Notes under the pieces: generated by a model
What the model saw: only the letters and a program-made list of their open reading frames with translations
The model's database searches: none
Told to the model about the DNA's origin: nothing
Program-made: the position numbers and the translations under genes
Origin: Oikopleura dioica
Lineage: Eukaryota; Animalia; Chordata
Assembly: GCA_907165135.1 (NCBI GenBank)
Contig: OU015566.1
Span: 10,788,001 to 10,852,000 of the forward strand
Length of the DNA stretch: 64,000 nt
Direction of reading: 5' to 3'
Shown here: in pieces, positions 26,601 through 38,300 of the stretch
Layout: every line of letters begins with the position of its first letter
Numbering within the stretch: position 1 is the first letter of the stretch

Positions 26601-28789
26601 GTACAAGTGCCTACCGTGTCCCTCCTATATTGGTCAGCTTGAAATCAACAGGTGTACTTGTGAGAAACAGAGAGTAAAGTGTTGCTTCCGTTTATCTTAT
26701 AAAAGTCAATTTCGGTTCAAGTTGGAACATCAAAAAAAGAATCTAACTAGTCTAAAGCACTCGTCTTAGACGAGCAAGCATTCAAAAAGAAAAAAAAAAC
26801 GAAGAGTTCTTAACCCATTTTCGTCCTCCAGTAAAGAATTCGTCCTGACGGGGCGCCTGCAGGTCCTCCGTGAGAGAGCGCCTCCACCCAGCACTGACCG
26901 GCCCGAAATTCGCTAGAACACGCGTAGGCGGGCGTGACTTCTTTGAAGCGCCGCTCGCGATTGGCTCCAAAATCTCAGACTTTCGTTCGCACTTGACTGC
27001 CACAATTCAAGCTCATTACCAACTCGCCTGTTGAGAACAACAAGCTTTTACTTTTTTACGAAAATTGCTGTAGAGACATTTACTTCTGCTTTACAGACGA
27101 CCTTCCTTGATTTGACTTACAATTCACTGACCCTAATCTTTCATTTTCAGAGTTGAGAAATGTAAGTCGATAGAGTCGATCTATCGCATTTTAGCGCCTT
27201 GGAACGAAGGCAGAAGAGGAGGTAGATGGCTGCGAAGAGAGTAGCAGAGAATACTTTAGCAGGCCATTCTACAGAAGATGTCGCGGAGCGACGGCTTCAA
27301 TGGTATCGGAAAGTTTCTTCCAATGAAGAAACAAATCAAAAAGTCTAATCAATTCCAATTTACAACTGATAATCCAATTACTGATTCAAACATACACTAT
27401 TCTTACTTCGGGAGCTTTTTACTTTTGTAAAACTCTTCCATGTCTTCAATTTCGTTAATGCAGGATTTTCTTATCTTGGGTTGTTAGAACGAAGCAAGGA
27501 CTTTCAAACCAGCAGAACTAAGCACTTAGGGCCTAAGATTTTCTTATTCCAGGAGGCCGATTCAAGATGGCATGATCCTCAGTATACGGTATACCCCCTT
27601 ATTTATTCTATAAGGATAAACGAAAAGCTTAGTGGGGGATCTGTACATATTGAGATGCTTGAAAAGCAAATTATTTGCCCGCCCGTGATCAGCTTATTCG
27701 CCTTTCATCGCTAAAAATAATATTATGCTTCCAATTTCGCGCTTAGAAAATAAAAGGCCATTTCATTATCCAAACGCGCGCGCTAGAAAGAAAACAGGAG
27801 CGGAAATATTTAAATTTGACCGTGGCGTTGGAAGGGCTTCAAGGTGCCGCAGGTGGTGCCAGATTGCCGAGCGGTAAAAAACTTTTTCTCACTCGGCGCC
27901 AAAAATTAATCGGACTCGGCCTAACTTGGATTCTTCAAAACAAACAAGATTCGAAAAAGAGTTAAGAGATCTCAGACGGAAAGTTTATTGAAGAAGATTT
28001 TGAAATTAACAGCCGCAGAATGGCTTATATGACCAGGTAAGAAACTTAATAAATGATAAATTAATTAATAATTCTTTAAAATTATTTTTATATAAAAAAT
28101 ATGGGCTCTATCTTTGTTCTAATACTCAAAGACTGACAGTATCCAGTATAGAGTACTGAGGATTCTGACTCCCTTTCAGAAAAAACTTGCGAAATTGAAG
28201 AACTTCCTTGAACTCCTTGTTTTTGTTTGGTATTATCTCCTCAAGATTATGCTTTGTGGCAAAGTGGCAGTTCTTAAAATCAAAGATCTGAGTTTCGAAA
28301 TCTTGATAAATAAATCCCCTCGTCATAAAAAAAAGAAGAATGGGTCCACTTTACAATCGTGGCCATTATAATTGTAATCGATTAACTATCCAGTTCAACA
28401 AATAAAAAATTGAAAAAGGCTTCTTCGAGATAAAGATATTTTTCAATAATTAAGGTTGAGTAGATTAGCGGTACTGAATAAGTTAAGGAGCTCTGAGCTT
28501 CAAGATCAACGTCGATTTTTTGGCAGCAAATAGACCATGAACTGAGCACTGTTTTTTTCAAGATAACAAAGAAGAGTTAATAATATATTTTTTTTTCAAT
28601 GTTTGCACAACGAGCGGCAAAAAGAGACCTTCCAAAAAGGTAAGGCTTAGTGCCTTTATAAATTTAGGATAAGCCACAAGAGTAAGTTTTTTAAAAATCC
28701 GATTTTATGTCGAACAGTCAAGAAATTTTTTGTATAATTTATAATTTCTGTATGATAGATTTATACAGTATAAAAGCAATAATGGTTCT

Positions 28790-29461
28790 CTATGAGCAAT
28801 TATGCGAGGAAAAGCATTTGCAACTGATTGTGATCGCGTCTTCAAGCACAAAGTGTCGATTGATTCTCATATTGTACACTTTTATACCTAAAACTTTTTC
28901 GTAAAGTTTTAAAAGATTAGTATTCATACCTGCTGTTTGAGAAGCAGCGCAGGTCTTTATTTTGTTTCTCCGTAAACTAAGGGCTGATTTGTGAAAGCAG
29001 TGGCCAGAACAATTTCCCAAGTCTATTTGATCATCAAATTCTGCTCCGACTTCGACGATGCGCAGAAACTTGTGGTCAGAAGGAAAGAGGGCTTTCAAAA
29101 GACTCTTAGCATGAATTTATTGGAAATACTCTTTGATCCTCCACTTTACTTTTCCAGCAATTTTGAGCTCATCCCTTCGACAAGAAAGTCCACAACTTTG
29201 CTCTGTTTTTGAGCTCCAAAATTTCCATCGTTGATTTTTTAGCAGAACAGTTTCGTCAACTAATTCATCCATTGCAAAGCCAGCTGCTTTACATTTTCTA
29301 AAATCCCCAATCTCCTTTGCCTGAAACCTTTTTAACAAACAAAAAACGTCCGATTTTTTTACCAAAAGACATTGCTTCAAATCATCAAGCCCTGTATGTT
29401 CCAACGATTTTGCATTTTTGAGGAAGAAAAAAACAAGTAAAAGATTCTTGTGATTGTTCAT
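28790..29461 (-). CDS. Divergent cystine-knot (TGF-beta-superfamily-like) secreted ligand
   Basis: Signal-like MNNHKNLLLVFFFL. After removing short GT-AG introns the product reads CRRDELKI...DLGNCSGHC...KTCAASQTAVLGIKVY...VLEDAITISCKC, i.e. the C / CxGxC / C / CxC knot spacing. Confidence 0.55.
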
Positions 29462-31455
29462 TTTTGGTTCGAAAAATGAAAACTCACAACCTTTTATACC
29501 TTTTTTTTCATCCAAGCTCGGCCAAAAACTTGACAGGGTCGACCTTCTTTCTTTCCCACCTTTCTCATCATTCGTATGATTCATAATTTGATGGCATCTT
29601 GGTACGGTAAGGAATTTGTACCTAATGAAGGGCTAAGTTCAAAGAAATCAAAATTTGAAATTTATTGGATCATCGATTATTTGACCGAGCGTATTACAGT
29701 GGTAATTTGGCGCTAAATTTACAAGGGCCGTGTTAAAATGTTATAAATCCGCGGAGCAGGACATAGATTGAGATTCAATAATGCGCAGATGTCGTCGAAT
29801 CGAGCGATCCCTTATTCGGGAGGAAGATTAATTTCCTTGGACGCTTGCACAACCCGCATCCTTTTTTTTCTTCCTAATCAAGCGCAACTAAATTAACCCA
29901 ACACTTGACTCCAACTGACTGCAAAACAATCATCATAAGAAGCCTCAGAGATTTTCATAAGAAAAAATGTCCACAAGGTAAAGCTTACTATCTTTATTTT
30001 CAAGCCAATGTTGGTAGCTCAAAGTTGTTAAACAGGGGCATTTCTGTATCTTTGAGAATTTTTTTTTATTTAATCTTTTCAATTTTGTTCAAATATTCAT
30101 TTTCTTTCGCATGAAAATTGCTGGATTTGCAGCTGCAAGATTTGCAATTCTGAGTTTTATTTGACCCTTCATAAGAGGAAATTGGCATGCTTGAGCTTTT
30201 GTAGATATTCCTGGATAAAATTTAATCCGATCAGGACAGTGGGTAATCTGCACGAGTGCTTGATTAATTTTCAATTGAAAAACACATTGAAATACTCTAC
30301 TTTCTATTTGATTAGTTCCATAAATCACCGTTGTACTGTTTAACTGCTCAAGACGCAGTTGACAAAATGAAAGATTGGAAAGTTTGCTCTTGGTCCATAA
30401 ATCTGTGAAAACTAACGGATCTTGAGCCGTTACGGAAACTCCCTGTAGCAACGTTAACCGCTTTTAAATTTGGCGATATCATAAGCTTATGGAATCAAGA
30501 GATCGCTCAAGCCAAAAAGGGCGAGAACAAAACCTGCCGGAAGCGAGTTAACGCTTTTGAAAACAACTTCCAGGATGTCGAAATTTCCTGCGCGTCGTTT
30601 GAACTCGCCCGGGGCAAGGTCAATACTACTTTTGAAGAAAGAGTAGAGATCTGCGATTTTTTGAAAGAGGCTTATCCCGGCGCAAATGTCGTAATAGTAA
30701 AATGAGTGAGGGGCCAAGTCCAATATTTGCGATCGGCGAGCTGCATCACGAAGGAAATACTACTCAGCAGCCGTGTCCGGAGTCGCCTCAGGCCATTGCC
30801 CAAAGAGAATACTATCAACTTATTTTCATTATCAATTTCTTAGGACAGATATTCTAGCGCTGAAAAATGTGCTGAGCTTTATTTAAAAGTCCAAGTGGAA
30901 ATTTTGATAATGAGACTATTTAGCACTTGGCGCCGAGAGAGGCCTCTTTAGAGAATAACTTCCAGAAGGCACTTCAGATGCTTGGAAGTGGTTTTGTCAG
31001 AGTTTTTCTTTTTATTTTTATCAAAGAGGAAAGAGTAACTTTTCCGGTTCAGAATGGGCGGCGACTATCGGGCAGAGTTCTCCGACTACGGATCCGTCGC
31101 GGCGTCGGTGATAGATCAGGCACAGGTTCAAAGAGAAACATACAGTGACCTTCACAGCTACTTCGATTTTTGTATACTCCCGCAGCATGAGGCCCCTGTC
31201 AATCCTCACTAAAACCAACATCCCGCGGCTCATGATCACTCCCTCGCAAATCCATCATCAGCTGATGTTGGTCCTTAAAATTTTTTGATAGCTGATTATT
31301 TTTACCCCGTTTTCCAGATTTTTTTATTGCCGCGGAAAATCTAAATCCCGGAGTACTCGATTTAGATTTGCTCCAAGGCTCATAAAATCCGGATAGATTA
31401 GCTCCCGGAATCGAGATCGCAAATTATTTTTTGACAAAATCGAGGAAAACTAAAA

Positions 31456-32524
31456 ATGGAAACTTCGTGGAGTGACGAGGAATTTTTCGAGTTTTTTGAA
31501 CCTGAAGAGCAGCTGCCAATAGAAGAGATTTTGAAGAGAAACACACGAAAAACGACGCTAGAAACACTCAGATCGAATGGAATCATACTAGAAGATGACT
31601 TGGCAGAATTGACTGATACACAGCTAGAACTTATGGGAATCAACATGGTCGAAAGAAGAAAAGTTCTAGCGCAAACAGATTCAATCAGGTAAGCCCGAAT
31701 AGAGAGTCTGAAAAAGCGATAAACAGAAGCTGTCCCGGAAGCATTTTTGAAGTCTTATTCGACTGGACATATTTGAAGACCCCTTGACAGATAAACTGTC
31801 ACTTGAATTTACTGTAGCAATCTGGTGCTGCGCGAAAATTCGCGACAGGAGTGCACTTCTTTTTACGCCAAAACTCAATAGTATGCAAATATCTTGAATA
31901 ACTTTGAGTTACATTTTATGGGGTCGATTCGCGGTGCTTTCGATTTGATTTTGACTTCAATGTTTACAAGTTTTATTGTCACCTTATCGCTAAAAAGCAA
32001 GGTCACCCTTCTTATTGAAGTTAACCTGGTAATTACCCTCAATTTCAGGCGGCGAAAAAGACGGCTTTCTCAAATTCGCGAGCGCGTAGATATCAGCTGC
32101 CGGGAAACGCACAAACGAGCTTCGAAGATTTTCTTAGAGAATCCACTTGAAAATACGCCGAATCCGTCATTTGGTAAAATCCGCTACTCGACTTATGGGA
32201 AAGGCTGATAGATAGGTACTATAAAAATAAGAGGAAATTGAAATCATGGAGGAGAAGATCAGATCCGGATTAATCAGATTAATTTATTGCGTGTAAAAAT
32301 GTATCAGCCTGTACTGAAGATTGCTTTGTCTCCCTGATCAGAACGAAATGAGCCGCTTGAGAGGGGCAATAAATCCCACGAGCACGGACAAATCAACCGC
32401 ACTCAAGAGGACCACTTCTATGCCAACAGGAATCGTGGTTACAAAAATGCAAAGTCCAAAAATTCATAAAATTCAAATTCAAGACTCGAAATCCTCTCTT
32501 TTCTCAAGTGTCCCGGAAGTTTGA
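31456..32524 (+). CDS. SAM-domain protein (possibly the 5' part of the SWAP70-like gene)
   Basis: First exon TLETLRSNGIILEDDLAELTDTQLELMGINMVERRKVL matches SAM helices 2-5. A GT-AG intron joins it in frame to the exon at ~32049-32172. Confidence 0.5.
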
Positions 32525-33140
32525 AATGTCAACAAACGAACTGGTTTAGAAAACTATTGTTTCTCCTTCATTTCCTCTCGCGTTGCATCACTGTAAATCC
32601 CGCCTGGCATTATTTACCGCCAAATATTTAGTTCGGACGTTGCTCTAATCCCTTTTTTCATTTGGTGCACAAATAATAATTGGCGAGAGGGGGAAGGGCG
32701 AAAAGCTCCTGGGCCCAAAGTGGTGGATCAATCGAGGGTGCTCTTTCTGGGTCACCGAGATTTTTCGAAAATTTTGAAAAAATAGGAGGTTGCGCCCAAT
32801 TTCAGCGAGAAAATTAGAGACTGAAAGATTTTTTCTAAAGAATTTTCAATAGAGAGTTATAATAAGAAACATATTTTGCCACCACTAATCAAGCGAAACC
32901 AAGACGATTGCTGGAAAAGAAACACTCGGTCGACGAGAAGGAACAGGTCCTTATCGCGCGAATCAATCGCCTTAGCCCTCATTTATGAATTTTTCCTTCC
33001 CACTGGGCCAGAAATAACAATTTCGTGGCGCAGCGGGAGTCTGACAAAATCACATTCTCTTCTTTTCTCAAAAGGATAGAATTGGCAAAAAGCCACTGAC
33101 AGAGAATCAAAAATAGAAAAACTCAGAAATAGAAAGAAAT

Positions 33141-34661
33141 ATGATAGAGAACCTTTACCAGAATATGGACTCGAAATCTTTAGATTCTGTTGGAGGATTC
33201 ATAACAGATGGTGACTCGATTGGAACATCTGAGGAACATGATGGACCTCTCAGGTATTTTTTGATTTATTACTGTCAATTAGTCAGCATAAAACTTAGCT
33301 CAACGATCAAAGATGACGGCTTTGAAACAGAATCTAGTCAGGCACATTCGGAGCTTCCGATTCCTGACCTAGAAGGTAAAATATTCTTTCGTTCGAAAAT
33401 CAACGTTGTTAGGGTTGAAAAGAGAGCTGACAATAAAGCTCGCTCGTCCAGTTCCTATCCGGCCGAGACGAGAAGATTCTGCACCACAAACTCCAGCCGC
33501 CATAGCCACTTCTATCCGACTTATGGGCATCTGGCATGCTTTCCATATTCTTGACCGGGCAGCTTCTGGAAAGAGCATTGATATTATCGGTAAGCAACCG
33601 AATGAGACCAAAAATAATGAGCGACATAATATTTAGATTTGAGAAAATTGGTGCGTTTGGCATCAGCGCACTCTGGAGAAAAGAACCCGGAAACAATTCT
33701 TCGCGAGCTAGAGAGACGAGAGAACTCGACCAGAAACTTTGGATATGTCGACCTAAAAGATATGCTTGTCTCCCACTACAGGTAATTAAATATTCTCCGG
33801 TGAACTAAGTCTCAAAAAATAATAGCTCGAATCCACTTGGAATCGTTCCGGAAGCTCTTGAAACAGAAGTTTGGGAAGATTACTTCCAGGAAACTATCAG
33901 CAAAGTAGCGAACGAAAACGGAATCAGTCTGACAGTATGCTTCCTTCTCTGGCAGGTGTTCAATCGATTAGCCGACGAGTTCCACTACCCGCCGAGGCTA
34001 GAACGACCTGATATGCAAAAAATTCTTCAAAAGACAACGCGATTCTTTTCGAAAACGCACGCGCGATACGAATGTCTCAATGAACGAGACTACGAGCCTA
34101 TTCCTTTCCTAGACTTTCTGTTGATTCTCTACCGAGAAGCTAAGAACGAGGTAAAGTCATCAAAAGAAAATTGTTATCTAAAATTCACTCAAGAACATGA
34201 ACGGCAAGGACCCCTCGCTCGAGCTTGCAAAAGAGCTTCACACCGTGTTCGTTCTTGAAGAGCTCCGTGCTGGAAGCTTGTCAAAACGAGTCAACGCGCT
34301 AAAATGGAACAAACGGTTCTTCTCCGTCGTTCCATTTGAGCTTCGCTGGTGGCCAAATGCTAAGCGTGAGGGACAGCCTCGAACATTTCCACTTGATCAA
34401 AATACAAAAATCACCCAGAATGGAACCAAACTCGATGTTGTCAATGGAAAGCGCCGGCTTAGGCTGAAAGGATCTGATGACAAGTCCGTCATGCGTTGGA
34501 CAACGGCAATAAGCCTTGTCTACCGAGCTCATGCTACGACCTTGACTCCACGGTGAATAATCATCTTCAATTTTAGTTCTAAATCCTTTGATTTCAGCCA
34601 AAGCCAGCTCGTCGAGCGGCGCCAGGGCGGCTCATCCCCCAACCAAACGATCCACGTCTAA
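33141..34661 (+). CDS. SWAP70/DEF6-like protein (N-terminal EF-hand-like region plus PH domain)
   Basis: IWHAFHILDRAASGK resembles SWAP70 IWHAFTALDQDHSGK. PH domain LRAGSLSKRVNALKWNKRFFSV...VMRWTTAI. No C-terminal coiled coil seen. Confidence 0.6.
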
Positions 34662-35367
34662 CACGTCTTCCACGATTCACCATATTTAAACTTCACGCAA
34701 CAAAAAGAAACTGCCCACGACAGAAAACGAAAAAAACAATGTGCCATAAAACACGCACGGGCAAGTTTGTTCTGCCCGGAGGCGAGGAACCAAACACGCA
34801 AACATCAGTTTAGCAAAGTCTATCCAGCAAAGAAAACAAACACTATATATAAGTTCACCTACTGTTGATGTACATAAACCCTTATTTCTTCACCGTGATA
34901 CAAAAATAACGAAAAGGTTGACTATTCAGTCTTTCGAAAATACGCTTTGACACGTTCCAACTTTCACTCAACTTTCAACTTTGTCCTTGTCCACTTTTCC
35001 AACAAAAATACATACTTGTCCTGATTATGAAAACATGATTACAAAAAACTGATTATACCAAAGTAACTGGTGTCTGAAAATAAAGTTGTGTTTACACTCA
35101 ATTCACAGAAAAAGAGATAATTAAATTTAGCCGACTTGGACATCGGAAATCAAGATCGGCTAAAAATTGCTGTTGAGTTGCGTTTTTTTTTGCGATAATT
35201 GATAATAGCTTTTAATAAAACTTCGATTGAGCTAGACAGGAGATGAAGATTAGAGCAGGTTTAAGTCTAGGTCCACGTAAGGCATGATGTGAAGGAAGGG
35301 CTTTTTTATGGTTACGGATTTGAAGACCTGCGTTTTATGAGAGTCAGCAAGAATCTAGGTCAAATTC

Positions 35368-38300
35368 TCACAGACAAAAAAACGAGTATTTGGACTTGAA
35401 AATGACCCTACTCAATATTGATAAGTTGGCATATAGATTCATTTCAATAAGTAACCATTCCTCGGTGCCTTCGGGCTCAAGTGAAATCTCATCGTGCCAC
35501 CTGTGGAAATTCCCTTGTATGTCTCGGACGCCGGACACGCCTGCCCATTCTGTATCCTCTAAAATTGATATAAGAATGGGTTTCGTATTTAGGAGACGTA
35601 CCGTTGGCCGCTTTTTCGACATCCTCTTCTTGCGGTGCGGATGTGTCATCATCTGTTTTGGGCGGAGGGTCATTATCGGATATACTCACAGAAGGGATAA
35701 AACGTGGCTGGTCGGAGAACTGCGGCGTGGTTGACTGGAAAAGGTGAGAAGAGAACGGGTTGAGGGGAGCTTACCTCATTTGAGTTTTGCTTTGAATTCG
35801 AGCTAGGATTGGCAGTAGAAGGCACCCTCGCCTCATCCTCCACTCTAGCTATACTCGGTGGCTGGTGCGGATGACTAGAAGTAATTTCTGGCGGCGTTGA
35901 CGACGGGGTTGAGTTTGATTCAGAATACTCGAGTTTGGATAAGTTTGATAGGTTTGATAAGTTAGGAGTGTTGGAGCGGGACTTGGGACGCTTTCGCACC
36001 GGCGAGCTGGGAGCCGAGTCGTGCGGGGTCAGCCGCCCGCCGCCAGTGGAATCGCGATCCACCGTGTCGAGCAGCGGCAAGTTGATCATCGGACTCCGCG
36101 AGCGCGAGCCATTCGTCGGCGACCCGCGAGGGGAGGATTTTATGCTTTCGTCTTTCAGCTCGTCGGTTCGCTTTTTGGCTTTTCGCTTCGCCGAAGTTTT
36201 CTTTTTCTGTTGCAAAGTTTCTCATCTCGAATAAATATGCAAAATAACGAGGCAGATTGAAGAGAATCTTCGCTACAGAAAGATCTGCAAGCAAAAAGCC
36301 TTCGCTTAAAATTTTGTAGCTTATCTCCTAAATGAGGAACTATTCCTGAACGATGTTCGCAGAGTCCCCATTTTCAAGAATCACGTTTCCATTTCCATTC
36401 GTCGCCTTTCCGTTTGGCATCACTGGCGAGTTGCTCTTCATGAGCCGCATTCTCAACTCCTCTTCCCTTTTCCTCGCCTGCTCAAGAGTGTGCCCGTTAG
36501 CCTGTGAGATTAACTTGCTGAGTATTTTACTTCCTGTGCGGCGGACGGCGGCGCCTGGTTCTGGTCAGTAGCGATCGTTCCATTCGTTCCGTCGTCCTGA
36601 CCCATCATCACTTTCTGCCACTTCTGGACAAGGCTGCGCATTCGCTTTTTTACTAAAAAGAGAAAGAGTCAGATTCGAAAATCGACTCTTCTTCAATCGC
36701 TCACAATCACTGTCATCTTTCTTCAACTTGCGGCGGACGTTGTTCACCAATTGCCCAATTCTGAGCTGGATCAGCGTCTTCAGGTCGATTTCAGCCTTTT
36801 CTAAAGCGTCGATCGCGTTCTCTACAGCTACTCGGTCCTTGATCTGAAAGAGAATTTTTAAGGAAAGTACTCATAAAGCGGAAAATGCATTGTTGAGGTC
36901 AAAAATGAGCGCAGCGAAAATTTCTTGCTGAAAATCTGAATACAGTCGACTCTGGCAATTACGAGTAGCAGAATTACGAGTATTTTGACAAAAACCCGCC
37001 AATTTTGAAAACGAGGGATCATCGACCGAAACTAATTTTTTTCGAAAAAATTGAGAATGCTTGATTTTAATCATTAAGGGTGTCAACAACGATCCAATAA
37101 GGGTCTGTCTTATGATTCGACCAATTAATATCTTTTTATTCAGCCTTTGAGGATTCCAAATCTTTTTTTAGATCTGGAATATCTCATCTGGGTCAGGAGA
37201 TACGCAACATTCTATAGGCGCGCTAATGCATTAGCGCTCAGTAAAAATGCACTATTAGAAAGGCCATTTTTCAACTTTCCTTTTTATATATCAAACAGTA
37301 TATTTTCTGAAAGCTTAAAAATTTCCTTTTCAATGATACCCATATCGATAAGATCAGGCAAGTTTTTCAAGGTCAAACAGTGCGGCAAAAGTCGCAAAGA
37401 CCTGCACTTTAGCGCCGGAAAAGGGGATAAAGGGATTAATCAGTACCCAATCTTTGCGCTTCGGGAGATTGTGAAGGGATCAAACAATGATCTCTGCGAA
37501 AATGAAAAAAATCGATCTGCAGAAACTGCACTAGAATCGACTTCAAAATTTGGATAAATCTTACTTCAAGATAATGCATACAAAAAGATGCATGCAGTGA
37601 AGTTTTCAGAAATCCCTCAAATTTACTTTGTACAAAATTGTTTAAGCTTTCATATCGTGAAAAAATAATTGAAATTGAATTACGGGAAAGTACCTAAACT
37701 AATGTTACAAGTTTGGCGAAATCCTACATATGGAGTTTCTTTGAAGCCGCGGTGGGGATTATGGGATTAGTATTTCAAAATTTCGTCAAATTTACTTTGT
37801 AGATTAGGGTTCAATAAAACAAATGAGAGGAAAAACGAATCAAAAGCGAATCAGGAAGTAACTCAAACTATTGTTACAAATATGACCAGAATCGTTGTTG
37901 ACACCCTTAACCCGCTAACAGGGTGGTCGATTTTGCCTACGCTTTTGCCTGTCTGTGATTGAGTGAAAACATGGATCCGGGCATGCGATTGGCTACTCAT
38001 TTCCACGCGTGGCCGTGAGACGGCCACGCGCCTGTTACCGGGTTAAATCTTTGGCTTAAGAGTCTCCGGCTCTTCAGATGGTTTTAAAGCAGCTTCAACA
38101 GATTGAAAATTTGCATTATTTTTTTTTATGAAAGTCTCTGAATATTATTTAAATTTTTCGTTGACAAAAAACTTTCCAAAGGGGTGCGGTGGTAGCTTAG
38201 AGCCTTAGCTCTCTCCTGAAAAAAATTAAGGGTTTCCCTCAGCTTAAATCCCTGAAAAAGCTTGATCCTATCAACCTGATCTTTAACGGCCTGTATATCA

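Noticed and set aside
30089-30723. Minus-strand ORFs as a gene or retroelement remnant
   Set aside because: No RT, integrase or other motif was seen and no coherent exon chain could be built.
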